DNA of 62,425 nt, the filler included, from Choristocarpus tenellus KU-1152 (taxonomy: Eukaryota; Protista; Phaeophyceae): assembly GCA_964200185.2 (NCBI GenBank). It is 9 parts of 9 records of this genome, joined end to end, with 100 filler letters (N's around TTAATTAATTAA, not from the genome) between each part and the next. Parts side by side here need not be neighbours in the genome. Positions count along the whole stretch, not along the records: positions 1 to 16,708 come from CAXNAD020000788.1; positions 16,809 to 28,885 come from CAXNAD020001990.1; 7 more parts are not named here. One strand, given 5' to 3'. Position 1 is the stretch's first letter; every line of letters begins with the position of its first letter. Made by a program: the position numbers and the translations under genes. The notes beneath the pieces are model-generated. The model was given only the letters and a program-made list of their open reading frames with translations, ran no database searches and was not told where the DNA came from. Below, one piece after another: positions 15,001 through 26,876 of the stretch.

Positions 15001-16699
15001 TTGGTGATTCCTGGAGCCTGGGCCTCCCTGATAAGTAATACTTTTAGTGAATCACATCTACCTTTAATGAGAACATTCAGTACTCTAATATTTCTAACCT
15101 TCACACTCAACCCTCCACTCCTCCCTCCCCCAGCTCACCTCCACATTACGTCGTCCATCCACACTCTCATTGGTCCACCCCCTCACACTTTGTTCGACTC
15201 TGCCTGCCACACCCTGTCCCAATTACCTTTGCCACTTTTCTCCTGATGCCCCCTGCCTCTTGGTGTGTGGATGTTGTACTTGGTCAAAGGTTTGTCACCT
15301 CATGAGTGGGCTCATGGATGAGGCTGTGAAATGCAATTCACATGCCACTGTTCGAGTAGAGGCTAGGGAATCGATCCCTTGGTACGCGCTGCTGCCAATT
15401 GTGCGAGATCTAGTGCAGGATGTTGGAAAGGTGAGAGGAGTTGCAGGGTGTGGCGGCAGTTACAGGGGTTTCCGATGATGGATGCAGTGTAGAGGAAATA
15501 TTGTGCTTTCGGCACCAAGGATATCAGGCCTGAGGTGGTCATAGGTTGGGGGGGTGCAGGTACGGATGGGGTAAGGTAGGCTTTGTTGAATGGACTTCTC
15601 CTTCTGAGGACTGTAGTGTGTGTGTTTCATGCCAAAGGGGAAGTGTATGGATCGTGTGTGGTTGTAGTGATAGTCCTTATTCTTAAGTACCAGAAGTAGT
15701 TCACACAACATTGTGAACGACAATTGGGAGCATGGTTTAGTAGATATTGGCATTACACAGAGTGGCAATGTTTCAGATGAACTACCTGCAACCAGAAGAA
15801 AACCCTCAAACCGGGCACACCTCCATCAGGTTTTGATTATGTTTCTTCTCTCTCCCAAGCTGTTTGTACCCCTGTTCTCTAGTTGTTCACTACTCACTGA
15901 AACCTCAGCTATCTTCCTGTTTTCTTTTCCCCTGTTCCTGCCCTTTCCCATCATTATCTCCGACCCCACTCCTTGGGATGTACTCATGTCTCCCTCTCTG
16001 GGAACCTTGCAGCGTCATGTCCCTTTCACAGATTGCACAGTCACAGTGCACCTGCCGGGGGATCGAGGAGGTAGCAGAGGGATGGGGGGAAGATCAGTTG
16101 GTCTCGTGCAGCAACTGCAGTGGGATCAGACCAGCTGCAGGTGCCAGATATTACCTCATGCCATGCGCATGCAGTATATATGGTCAGAAGGCCTGCTCGT
16201 GTGTTGTGGAGTTTTGTTAGTGGTGATTTTGTTCTCACACCAGTTGGGTGCCATTTGTCCTTTTTGTCAGGTGCTGTATGTAAGGAAAACGGGTTAGGAG
16301 GGGAGGTAAAGGAGCTGTGCAATCCTACACTGCTTGGGCAAGAAGTGACACGCTCACTTGCTTAAACCAAATCAACTTGCTCTGTCTCTCTCTCACACAC
16401 ACTGTACAACCTTCCCTCTCACCCAATGCCCTTCCTCTCTGCCTCCAACCACTGCCTGTTCACTTCTAACATATGCATGACTTTTGAGTGGAAAGTTGGA
16501 TGCTGTATGGTACTTTAGCTCTCTCCCCTCCCCCCCTGCCCTAAATGTGTGTGTGTGTGTGTATGTTCACTTTCCCCCTTTAATTATTTCCAATAATAAT
16601 AAACATCAGCTGGTGGAAAAAGGGTGCCCCAAACAATCCGGGTACTTACTTGATGGTGTTTGGGATGTACATGGAGGGAGTGCCCAAGACAAATTTGAG
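1..16699 (+). CDS. SZT2: SZT2-like protein (KICSTOR complex scaffold), partial multi-exon gene, both ends missing
   Basis: Exons found by GT/GC-AG sites: <1-473, 564-1638, 1864-2307, 2975-3041, 3613-4398, 4807-5079 (GC donor), 5961-6764, 7177-8100, ~8487/8499-8680, 9821-9931, 10369-11448, 12258-12713, 14398-14721, 15290-15430, 16610-16699. All junctions are phase-compatible except 8100 to ~8490. The spliced product has blocks, in the expected order, resembling animal SZT2 as I recall it: HHRAFSRAAYLALRGGRSLCSGDLNTAL; YLRPVPGTRYYIYW; PPLFVRFEC; VNQLLLLKDMADTQAASEVLI; GEMACPCVYTRRFPLYYRL...VLAYRTHHGHIFYILLTE; FIDLSVHGVEEVGSDITKDLCNVIETNIFELGCDQLWSLLRKNKCFPITFADREFIE; GEGVAIIDL; IKLEVYACGKINMPYLMDLLQGCFKQALVEYAIE. 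Gly/Ser/Glu-rich low-complexity insertions separate these blocks. Confidence 0.8.
12908..13320. mobile_element. Fold-back/MITE-like element in an SZT2 intron
   Basis: Imperfect inverted arms: GTCATATCAGAAGCCAATGATCAGCGTATCGTATG...GGAAGCTTTCG (12982-13040) versus CGAAAGCTTCCATATGATGTGCTGATCACTGATTTCTCAGATGAC (13192-13236). Weaker outer match TATCCGTGATAA / TTATTCACGATA. Confidence 0.5.
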
Positions 16700-16708
16700 G
16701 TGTGCTTG

Positions 16709-16808
16709 NNNNNNNNNNNNNNNNNNNNNNNNNNNNNNNNNNNNNNNNNNNNTTAATTAATTAANNNNNNNNNNNNNNNNNNNNNNNNNNNNNNNNNNNN
16801 NNNNNNNN
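16709..16808. other. Artificial scaffold linker (44N-TTAATTAATTAA-44N)
   Basis: Identical 100-bp linkers also at 28886-28985, 33255-33354, 43031-43130, 46823-46922, 50884-50983, 53658-53757 and 59202-59301. The 12-mer puts stop codons in all six frames. Confidence 0.98.
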
Positions 16809-16851
16809 TGTCTTTTGATTTTTAGGTTAGCTGATGGTTGTGTTTAGGGTA

Positions 16852-17572
16852 AATTACCTTATACCTTAATAATTACCTTACACCTTAGTAATTACCTTAT
16901 ACCTTAGTAATTACCTTACACCTTAGTAATTACCTTATACCTTAATAATTACCTTGTACCTTAATAATTACATTATACCTTAGTAATTACCTTACACCTT
17001 AGTAATTACCTTATACCTTAGTAATTACCTTACACCTTAGTAATTACCTTATACCTTAGTAATTACCTTATACCTTAATAAGTACATTATACCTTAGTAA
17101 TTACCTTACACCTTAGTAATTACCTTATACCTTAGTAATTACCTTATACCTTAATAATTACCTTGTACCTTAATAATTACCTTATACCTTCGTAATTACC
17201 TTATACCTTCGTAATTACCTTATACCTTAGTAATTACCTTCTACCTTAATAACTACCTTATACCTTAATAACTACCTTATACCTTAGTAATTACTTTACA
17301 CCTTAGTAATTACCTTACACCTTAATAATTACCTTACACCTTAATAATTACCTTATACCTTAGTAATTACCTTATACCTTAGTAATTACCTTCTACCTTA
17401 ATAACTACCTTATACCTTAGTAATTACCTTATACCTTAATAATTACCTTACACCTTAATAATTACCTTATACCTTAGTAATTACCTTATACCTTCATAAT
17501 TTCCTTATACCTTAGTAATTACCTTATACCTTCATAATTACCTTATACCTTAGTATTTACCTTACACCTTAA
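16852..17572. repeat. 19-bp minisatellite (AATTACCTTAYACCTTART), about 38 copies
   Basis: Tandem array read directly, with single-base variants. Confidence 0.95.
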
Positions 17573-17784
17573 TCCGTCAGCAGAGTGTCTTGCGTAAACA
17601 TTCAATAAAAAAAAGTGTTATATTTTTTCATCTGTTGGTGTTGAACTTGACCTCTTGTGTTGGAGACGATGATGTGTTTGAGATTCTTTTTATCTGCTTA
17701 TCTGTATGTATGTATGTATTTATGCATTTATGTATGTATGTATGTATGTATGTATGTATGTATATACATATCCTGTTTGTCCAG

Positions 17785-19542
17785 GTGCCTGTAGCAATGG
17801 AGTGCATCACTCCAGAGCAGGAGAGAAGTTCGGAGAGAGATTGGGGAGGTCTCAATGAAGAGGGGGGACCTAATCACATCATGGTCATTCCAGACTGCAA
17901 TGGACGCTGCGAATTTGTGAGACCCTGAAACCCCCATTGATACATGAAATCTTCTTTTTTTTTAATCTGTTTTCTCGATTATTTTATTTTTATTGTTTTA
18001 TATTATTTTTATCTTTTTTTTGTTTTTTGTATCTCTGTTTTCTCGATTATTTTATTTTTATTGTTTTATATTATTTTTATCTTTATTATTATTTTTTTTG
18101 TATCTCTGTTTTCTCGATTATTATTTTCTTATTTTTTTGTATCTTCGTTTTCCTGTTGAATTTTCTGAAGGGATGTGCCACTATAGTATTATTATAGTTG
18201 GGGTTAGGGTTAGAGTGCACTTCAATGTCTCTGAACATAGAACATGAAAGATCCGCCCATCTGCTTCATCTCGTGGTCTGTCTTGGACACAAGTCAACCT
18301 CCAATCCTACAAGTGGGACTTGTTCCTGACCCTCAATAATAATAATTTTATTATTATTTTTGATCTCGATTTAAAATGTGTAAGGCAATATGAGTTTACA
18401 CCTCCTCAATGATATTTATGTGTAGTAGTTTTTACAGGTAGTTGTTATTTATTATTATTATTATTTATGTTAGATTCGATAGGTTTTAAAAACTTTTATT
18501 TTATTTTTTTGAACACTTTGTTTTATCGAGTGTAATATAGTAATAACGCCATCTAAGATGTAGAAATTGATTTTTCAGGCGCCCGCACCCCTTTTTGATT
18601 CTGTGATCCCAAATCCCCTCCAATAGCAACCAATGCCTTCATTTTGTTCTCTCTTCTTGTACTTTTTTGATTTAAGGTTAGGGTTAGGGTTAGGGTTAGG
18701 ATTAAGGTTGGGTTAGGGTTAGGGTTAGGGTTAGGATTAAGGTTGGGTTAGGGTTAAGTGATTCGAGAGAGAAACACATTTTTTTTTTTGAAGACTCAGA
18801 AAGAGACTTCACAAAAGCACATGCAGGTATTTCGATGCTTTCAAAAAATAAAAAATAAAAAAAACATTTGTTTTTAATTCAACGCTTCGTGCATTCAACT
18901 CTTTTTGTTATTTTTTTCCTCGAGCGTATCCCCGTAATAATAATAATGATAATAATAAAATAATAATAAAGATACTACTACTACTACTACTAATTATTAT
19001 TATTATAAAACTTGGTGAGGGTGTTTTATTTTTCTAATTATTATTATGCTGGGAAGAGACCTTACCTATCTATAGTGGTCTCTCTGAATCAGAACAGTAT
19101 TTTACGGTTTCGAGCACTAGAAAAAGAAAAAGAAACTGGGACCTGTGACCTCTAGTCTGAAGTACATTTTTTTTCTTTTTACATGTCGCTACGAATTTTT
19201 TTTTTAAAGAAGTAAACTTGCAATGAGCCTTTTTTTCCTTTTACTTTCTTCCTCTTTAAAAAAAAATCTTAAAAAAACCCTGGTCGAATCTACATTTTTT
19301 TTTGTTCTTTTCTTTTCATTTTATTTATTTTTTTTCCTGTTTTTGCTCTTTTTTTCCTTCCGTCGTCTCTCTCCGTCATTTTATAAACTGTTTTTTATAA
19401 ACTGTTCCGACACATCTCTTGTTTTTTTTAAAATTGTTTTTCAGGATTTTGTTTGTGACAGTTACAGCCTCAGTGATACGATTCATGGGACAGTGAGACT
19501 CATCAGTGTGACGAGACCGATCGTGTCAGCGTATGTAAGATG

Positions 19543-19578
<36 letters not shown>

Positions 19579-22500
19579 CTGTTGTAGACACACATACACA
19601 CACACACACATACTCGCACGTATATACTTTCTTGATTTTTGTGGAGATTTGGATATGGTTATTTATATGGCTTCTTGATTTCTGTGAAGATTTGTGTATC
19701 TATATACTTTCTTGATTTTTGTGGAGATGTATATATACATATTTCTTGATTTTTGTGATGTATATACATACATATTCTTGATTTATTTTTTGTTGATGTG
19801 TGCAATTTATACCTTTTCTTTTTAAAATTGCTGTGACAAGTGAATGTTTATGTTCTTTTTAAGTTTTTTTTTTTGTGTGTCAGTTTTCGGTTAGGTCTGT
19901 TTAAAAAGAAAAACAAAAGCCCGTGTCAGTTTTTGTTTAAAAAAAAACTCTCTTCATTCCACAAGAGAGTACTGCACTAATTTTGTTGTTAACGCGTGAT
20001 ATCTTCCTGTGTGTCTCTTATCTGGACACTGTTTTTTTTTTCCAACAAGCCTCCGTACATTATAGGAAAAAAAGAGGTTTTCTTTCACCTCTTTGGAGAG
20101 CTAATTTTATATTTGCTCTTACCAACTGACTACTGCGGTTGCATGGTTAGAGTTAGGGTTAGGGTTAGGGTAATGGTTGACTTGCAATGCTTTGCGATTT
20201 TTCAAAAAGAAAGCTCTGTCTGTTTGTACGTTTTGTTCTTATTATGTTCTTATTTTTTGTTCTTATTTTTTATATTTTTTGTTATTACTATATTTATATT
20301 TTTGTTCTGTTTACATTTTTTGTTCTACTATCTTTATATTTTCTCTTCTGTTTTTTTTATCATATATTTTTATTTTGGTTTTTTGAAAAGTTGCAGTTGG
20401 TAGATTAGTTACAAGTGAAGAGGTTTGTATCATATACATTTTTTATTTTATTTCTATTTTTATCATATACATGTTTTATTTTTATTTTTATCATACGTAT
20501 TACTTTATTTCTATTTTTATCGTATGTACATTGTACAAGAATATTTTATTTTCTAAAAAAGAATTGATCTTGGAAATGATGCAATATTGAGATGGCCCTC
20601 TTTGCTTTTTTTTTGTGAGTGAAAAATAATTATTTGAATATGACTAGACTTTGTAACGTTCTTGACCATCTTGGTTCAATAGGAAAAAATTAATTCTTTG
20701 AAGTGGGGGTATCAATCATGACGGTAACACCCTACAAATTTCACACGTAGGTTGTTGTGCTGAAAGCGGAGTTTGTATATGGGGAGGCATCGGAGGTGCT
20801 GGTCACTGAGCACACCATCCTTGGAGAGGGAAGAAAACAGGTCAGGAAAAAAAAAAGTTACCAAGAGGCGTTTGTGTTTTTATTTTTATTTTTTTCAATT
20901 AAAAAAAATAATGTGTCTTAAGTATGTAGATCAAAGCGTAAGGCGTTTGTGCTGTTTATAACGTTGAAGTGTCGTGTTTTTTTTGTTTTTTGTTCATTAT
21001 TTTTTATTATGTTGTGGGCGCAGGCGTTTTGCTAAATGTTTTTTAATGTTTATTAGAGATTTTCAACTGTACATTCCATTGACTGAAAGATATTTGATGT
21101 GCTCAATTCAATGCCCGTTTGAGTGCACCACCGCAAGGAAATTTATGAGAAATTTATGAGAAATTTATTGTGGCAAGGCTGCTGCAAGAAAGTGTTGAGT
21201 AAATAGGGTTAGGGTTAGGGTGTGCATGTGGTGACACATGAAGGGGGAAAGAATTGACCAATTTCACATTCAATTTTGACAATTTTTACCAATCTGCATG
21301 CTTAAAATTTTTCAATATGTGAGAATTGTATCCTCCAGTTTAGGATTAGGATTAGGATTAGGGTTAGGGTTATGGTTAGGTTAGGGTTAGGGGCTATTTC
21401 GCCTCTCACTCTCCCCTCCCCCCTTGTCTCAGATAAGCTCATCTGTTGTTGGGGCTGTAACAATTATAAAAAACACAAATTGTAGTATTGAATGATATTA
21501 TTGATTTTTCATTTTTCATTTTTCATTTTTGTTTTATATCAGGGAGGAGTCAACAGTTCACACTTGAGGGAGGAGGTCCTCAAGTTAAATGCAATGTCAA
21601 TGTCTCCTTTTGTTCAGCAAAAACATACACATTTTGCAGCAACCAAGGTTAGTATTGGTGTTTGTTTTACATATTGTGTTGTTGATAGTGTTACTGATAA
21701 GTGTTATTGACAGTGTTTTTGATTTTGATAAGTGTTACTGATAGTGTTATTGATAAGTGTTATTGACAGTGTTTTTGATTTTGATAAGTGTTACTGATAG
21801 TGTTATTGATAAGTGTTATTGACAGTGTTTTTGATTTTGATAAGTGTTATTGATAGTGTTATTGATTTTGATAAGTGTTACTGATAGTGTTATTGATAAG
21901 TGTTATTGACAGTGTTTTTGATTTTGATAAGTGTTACTGACAATGTTATTGATTTCGATAAGTGTTATTGATAGTGTTTTTGATTTTGATAAGTGTTACT
22001 GATAGTGTTATTGGTAAGTGTTATTGACAGCGTTATTGATAGTGTTATTGATAGTGTTACTGATAGTGTTACTGATGATGTTATTCGCAGTGTTATTGAT
22101 AATGTTATTCGCAGTGTTATTGATAATGTTATTAACAGTGTTAATGTGGGTGAGAGGAGGAGGGGAGAACAAGTTAGACTTTGAATTTGAACTAAGAAGA
22201 CAGTTCTGTACTGCTATGTAGGTACTATGTATGATTTTTTTCATTATTCTGTAATGTTGAAGGGTTAGGGTACTGTTCCATAGGGATTAGGGTTAGGGTT
22301 TTGTAGAAGGGTGGTACGTGCACTTCCATTTGGAGAGGAGGTTGAGGTTGACCTTTCAGTGCACTTTTTTAAATTTTTTGTGTGGGTTTCAGAACCATTA
22401 TTTTTTAAATATTTTTTAGTGCACCTATTGATGAAGTCTCCAATACAGATTTTGAAAGGTTTCACACCTTGGACAACATAACATTTTTGCAACACTGTGT

Positions 22501-23879
22501 TTTGGATAATGTTTTGTGTTGACATTGTGCTAAATGTTTTTTTTCGTAATTTATGTTGTGTATGTTTTGGACTGGAGTGTTGCAGGCACTAGACAGTACT
22601 GTGTATGTTTTTGACTCCTGTGGTTTGTGTATGGGGTATAACACAGTGTTGAGTGTTACGGAGACGGTGTTGATTGTTATGAACACAGTGTTGGGTGGGG
22701 TGTAACACAGTTTTGATTGTTATGAATGCAGTGTTGAGTGATATTAATATAGTGTTGATTTTTATGAAAACAGTGTTAGGTGTTACGAACACAGTGTTGA
22801 GTGTTATGAACACAGTGTTGAGTGTTATGAACACAGTGTTGAGTGTTATGTTGTCCGATGTGTGGAAAGGGTTAGCATCTTGAATTTTCTGACTACACTA
22901 GGAGTTGGGGAAGAAAAAGATAAATGGAAAAAAAGAATTTATTTATTTTTTATATATCATAGCCACTTCTGTGTTATTGGTGTTATTGATGTTATTTATG
23001 TCATTGATGTTATTTATTTCATTGATGTTATTATGGAAGTATTAGTTTTTGAAAAAAGAACCGACTAAATTAATTTCATCAAAAGAGAATAATTCCAAGG
23101 TAACAATGGAGGTAATAGTTCAAAAAAGAAAACCCTTGGAATTTATCAATGACATGGAATAAAAAAAAGAACAATAGTGGAATAAAAAAAAGAGAAAAAT
23201 TGACCAAATTTGCACTATTAATTTTAAAAAAACTTATTTGATACTATCCGTATCTGTCAGACGGATAGGATAGTATCAAATTCACGACATCTTACGGAGT
23301 TGAATTGAAGTTAAGGTTAAGGTTAAGGTTAAGGTTAAGGTTAAGGTTAAGGTTAAGGTTAAGGTTAAGGTTAAGGTTAAGGTTAAGGTTAAGGTTAAGG
23401 AGGAAAAGCTTCTGACCATCACTTACAATATTATTTTTATTTTTATATGCAGGAGGCTGGGTGTCCTGTGGAGGCCATCAAGGGCGATGGGGAGCTCAAT
23501 GTGAAGTTGGTCTTGGCAGGACTGCCGCTAACGCCTTCCCACCTCTCATTGACGCAGGTATGTCTGTGTGTAAGAGCCGTGGTGTCCTTGGGGGGGGTGC
23601 TGTTGAGTGTAAGGGGGCTCTGTGACTGCCTTGCGATACATGTGTTTATATAACTGTGGAGGGCGTGTTTATGCTTATGTGTATGAACAGTCAATTCTTC
23701 TTCCACAGTTGGTTGAATCCTCTCTTCTGAGGGGTTTGTTAGTGGGATTTGGGCGTGTGAGTGGGGGTGGTGTCAGTGTGAAGATTTTGCTAGCCCCTTG
23801 CTTACTCAAAAGTGTAGCTCCAGTCTATGTGTGTATGTATATATGTATGTATGTATGTGTGTATGTATGTTTGCATGTT

Positions 23880-23911
<32 letters not shown>

Positions 23912-26118
23912 TGTTTGTATGTATATATGTATGTCTGTATGTATGTCTGTATGTATGTGTAAATTGACCCCTTTTGGGGATAGTATTAACAATGAAGTAT
24001 TAACTATTAACAATGAAGTATTAACTATTAACTATTAACTATTAACAATGAAGTATTAACTATTAACTATTAATAATGAAGTATTAACTATTAACTATTA
24101 ACTATTAATAATGAAGTATTAACTATTAACTATTAACAATGAAGTATTAACTATTAACTATTAACTATTAACAATGAAGTATTAACTATTAACTATTAAT
24201 AATGAAGTATTAACTATTAATTTGATTTGGTATGATTCGATTTGATTTGTTCATGGGGTGGAAGGGTGAGGATTTTGGGTGTTAGTGTTTTGTTTTTAGC
24301 CAAAAATATATATTGGGGGGATGGGGGGTGGGTGGAGTATATGGTTGTAATATGATGGTGTTCAGGTGTTGAGTGTTTTAGATGATCAGGCTTGGGAGTG
24401 GTGGTCGCTAGCTAGTTTTTGGGTTATATTATTATTCTACTGGTATTGCTAGAATTTGTTGTAGTAATAGAAGTGATTTTAATTTAATTTTGATAGTATT
24501 TATTGTAGAAATTGGAGTGGTTTTAATGTAGTTTTGATAATATTTGTAGTAATTGGAGTGGTTTTAATTTAGTTTTGATAATATTTGTAGTAATTGGAGT
24601 GGTTTTAATGTAGTTTTGATAATATTCGTAGTAATTGGAGTGGTTTTAATTTAATTTTGATAGTGGGAGGGCGATAGTAATACTGTGAAGAATTTTTTGT
24701 ATCTGATACATAAATATTTAGCACATGGATAAACCCTTATGTTATATATATATTTTTTTAAAGCATAATGACCATAATCCAAATCCCCCTCTAGGACCCT
24801 TTGGCTCTTGAAGGTCTTATTTTTATTGTTGTCAACTATTGTTCTCATTAGTTTGGTCTTGGTTACTCATGGTACACAGCACGTTCTACTTTCAATGGAG
24901 TCATACGATTCCGGCACAGACTTTCTGTCGCTGTGTTTGAAAATATGGACCAGTCCCTTCCTTTCATATATATATATATATATATATATGGAAAAAGTAT
25001 GCCACAGTGTTTATTTGTAATAGTGGTCATGTCTCAGGATTGGGTTAGGGTTAGGGGGTATTGAGAGTGGTCTGAGGTGGGGTTAGGGTTGGTTGTTTAT
25101 GTGTTGATGTTGGGGTGTAATGCATGAGGAGGAGTTTGAAGCATTGGTGTTTTAAAAAGATGGAATGGGAAAAAATTAAAGAGAGGGTGATAGAGGTTGT
25201 TTGTTTATGTGTTGATGTTGGGGTGTAATGCATGAGGAGGAGTTTGAAGCATTGGTGTTTTAAAAAGATGGAATGGGAAAAAATTAAAGAGAGGGTGATA
25301 GATAGTGATAAATAGTGATAGCGTCTGACCTATGGTCTTCTGACCCTCTCTCTGCAATATACTTGTATTGCAAATCTACTTCATATTCTACTTCATATTC
25401 TACTTCAACTCTATTTCATATTACTTTATATTGTACTTCAATTCTACTTCATATTCTACTTCATATTCTACTTCAACTCTATTTCATATTACTTTATATT
25501 GTACTTCAATTCTACTTCATATTCTACTTCATATTCTACTTCAACTCTATTTCATATTACTTCATACTGTACTTCATATTCTACTCTATTTCATACTGTT
25601 CCACCTTGTGAGTATCGTGATCCATCAGTTTGATATGTATTGCAAAAACAACAAACTGCCAATCGCAAACTTTATACCTGTTGTGGAACCAACTTTGAAT
25701 GCAAGTTGGTGGATGTGTTGAACTATCCCACACTGACTCTTGAAGCCAATTTTTGTGGCTCCTACTTGAAGAACCCTGTGTTGTCTCATACCTCCACACA
25801 CACACACATACATTAGTTATACACACACACACACACACACACACATTAGTTGTACACACACACACACACACACACACGGCCTAAATTTTTGTATTTTTTT
25901 GTATTTTTGTATTTTATTCTCTCTCTTCGACCATAATCTGAGTTTAAATAAAATAGAAACAGTTCGTCCTCCCCCTCCCCCGCCCTGCCACACCTTTAGG
26001 ACATTGGTCACGTCCAGGATGAGTCAGAGCTGGTGGGTGTCCGTTATTACGTAAGACTTATTCTTGAGGATGACAAGGGGTCAGCCTACTGGAACACGCA
26101 TGAGATATTCTTTCACAG
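17785..26118 (+). CDS. Divergent VPS26-like (arrestin-fold, retromer-subunit family) protein, C-terminal half; N-terminal exons missing, last exon uncertain
   Basis: Exons with canonical sites joined in phase 0: 17785-17916, 19445-19534, 20751-20840, 21543-21647, 23453-23557, optional 25629-25700 (GC donor), 26000-26118 (ends in phase 2). Spliced: VPVAMECITPEQ...GGPNHIMVIPDCNGRCEF|DFVCDSYSLSDTIHGTVRLISVTRPIVSAY|VVVLKAEFVYGEASEVLVTEHTILG...|EAGCPVEAIKGDGELNVKLVLAGLPLTPS...|...VGVRYYVRLILEDDKGSAYWNTHEIFFHR. This is colinear with the recalled VPS26 C-terminal pattern (IEFEYNKSKYHLKDVIVGKIYF / ELQLIKKE / GESIPIRLFLAG..TPT / SVRYFLNLVLVDEEDRRYFKQQEIxLWR). Confidence 0.7.
17963..18142. repeat. AT-rich tandem repeat, unit about 70 bp, about 2.5 copies
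   Basis: TCTGTTTTCTCGATTATT recurs three times at about 70-bp spacing. Confidence 0.75.
18675..18757 (+). repeat. Interstitial telomere-like (TTAGGG)n tract with variants
   Basis: GGTTAGGGTTAGGGTTAGGGTTAGGATTAAGGTTGGGTTAGGG..., with an internal duplication. Confidence 0.85.
21680..22142. repeat. 12/13-bp minisatellite (TGATAGTGTTAY) with ~56-bp higher-order repeat
   Basis: Read directly. It produces the spurious VIDS/LLIV ORFs. Confidence 0.9.
22640..22850. repeat. 21-bp minisatellite (GAACACAGTGTTGAGTGTTAT), degenerate
   Basis: Near-exact tandem copies at about 22788-22850 and degenerate copies upstream. Confidence 0.8.
23311..23400 (+). repeat. Perfect (TTAAGG)15 telomere-variant hexamer tract
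   Basis: 15 exact copies, ending about 50 bp upstream of the exon acceptor at 23452. Confidence 0.95.
23982..24220. repeat. Compound 7-bp (CTATTAA) / ATGAAGTATTAA minisatellite, preceded by a (TATG)n microsatellite
   Basis: Read directly. The TATG-type tract spans about 23826-23960. Confidence 0.9.
24505..24663. repeat. 41-bp tandem repeat, about 4 copies
   Basis: AATTGGAGTGGTTTTAATKTAGTTTTGATAATATTYGTAGT repeated. Confidence 0.85.
25093..25302. repeat. About 107-bp exact tandem duplication
   Basis: TTGTTTATGTGTTGATGTTGGGGTGTAATGCATGAGG...GAGAGGGTGATAGA occurs twice back to back. Confidence 0.9.
25375..25595. repeat. 12-bp minisatellite (ATATTCTACTTC) with ~70-bp higher-order unit
   Basis: Read directly. 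Confidence 0.85.
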
Positions 26119-26647
26119 GTAAATCTTTTCAAATTTTCTTTTCAAATTTTCGTTATATATTTATTTTTTCTGATGATCCAAGCTAATTTTTTTTTCTTGT
26201 AGTTTATTCTTTAGCATGAAACTCCTCAAGAGGTTATTTTAAATGAGGAAACTTTGCACTCAGTCCAGAAAATAAAAACATAATAGTGCGTGTGTACACT
26301 CTTGTCATTTTTTTTCATTTTTTATTTTTTATTGCTGGGGTGTAGAAGGTCATGCGCCATTCGTGCAGTGTCCCTACTTGATTTTAATTGCCTTCTGATC
26401 TTTGTGTAAACCCCTATGTACATGTAAATGTTATTCACTCCTGGTATGCTATGACGGTGTGAACTCCACTAATCCACACATCTATACCAAAACCTGACTC
26501 AAGGTGTCAGACCTACCACAGATCTTAATATGATGTAATAGGCTCAAGACCACAAGTTGGCGATGGGTTAGCAAAGCTTTATTGTTTGCTTGCATCATGG
26601 TTGGTGTGAAATGGGGTATATCGCAAGATTCTGATATCGATTTTTTC

Positions 26648-26691
<44 letters not shown>

Positions 26692-26841
26692 ATATAGTGG
26701 TCAAGGATGTCTGTCAGACAAGGCTAGTGCTTGCTGGCAAGCGGTCAGGGGTCAGAGTAGCTTTCACCTGACATGTTTGATGCCTTCAAAAGTATGGGGC
26801 TGCTGCACTCTCCCTAGTAGACACACACACATGCACACTTT

Positions 26842-26876
<35 letters not shown>

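Noticed and set aside
16753-16764. Recurrent TTAATTAATTAA palindrome (8 copies) as a biological motif
   Set aside because: Always centred in exactly 44+44 Ns. It is a standard six-frame-stop linker added during assembly.
16852-17572. CRISPR-like array
   Set aside because: Head-to-tail repeats with no unique spacers, no cas genes, and a eukaryotic context. The same applies to the other arrays.
17937-20408. Hydrophobic F/L/I/Y-rich ORFs resembling membrane or mitochondrial proteins
   Set aside because: Translations of T-rich intronic repeats. Only the short embedded exons (e.g. 19445-19534) are supported.
18170-22350. Extra candidate exons at about 18170-18196, 18241-18312 and 22307-22340
   Set aside because: Phases do not fit the VPS26-like chain, and the alignment is continuous without them.
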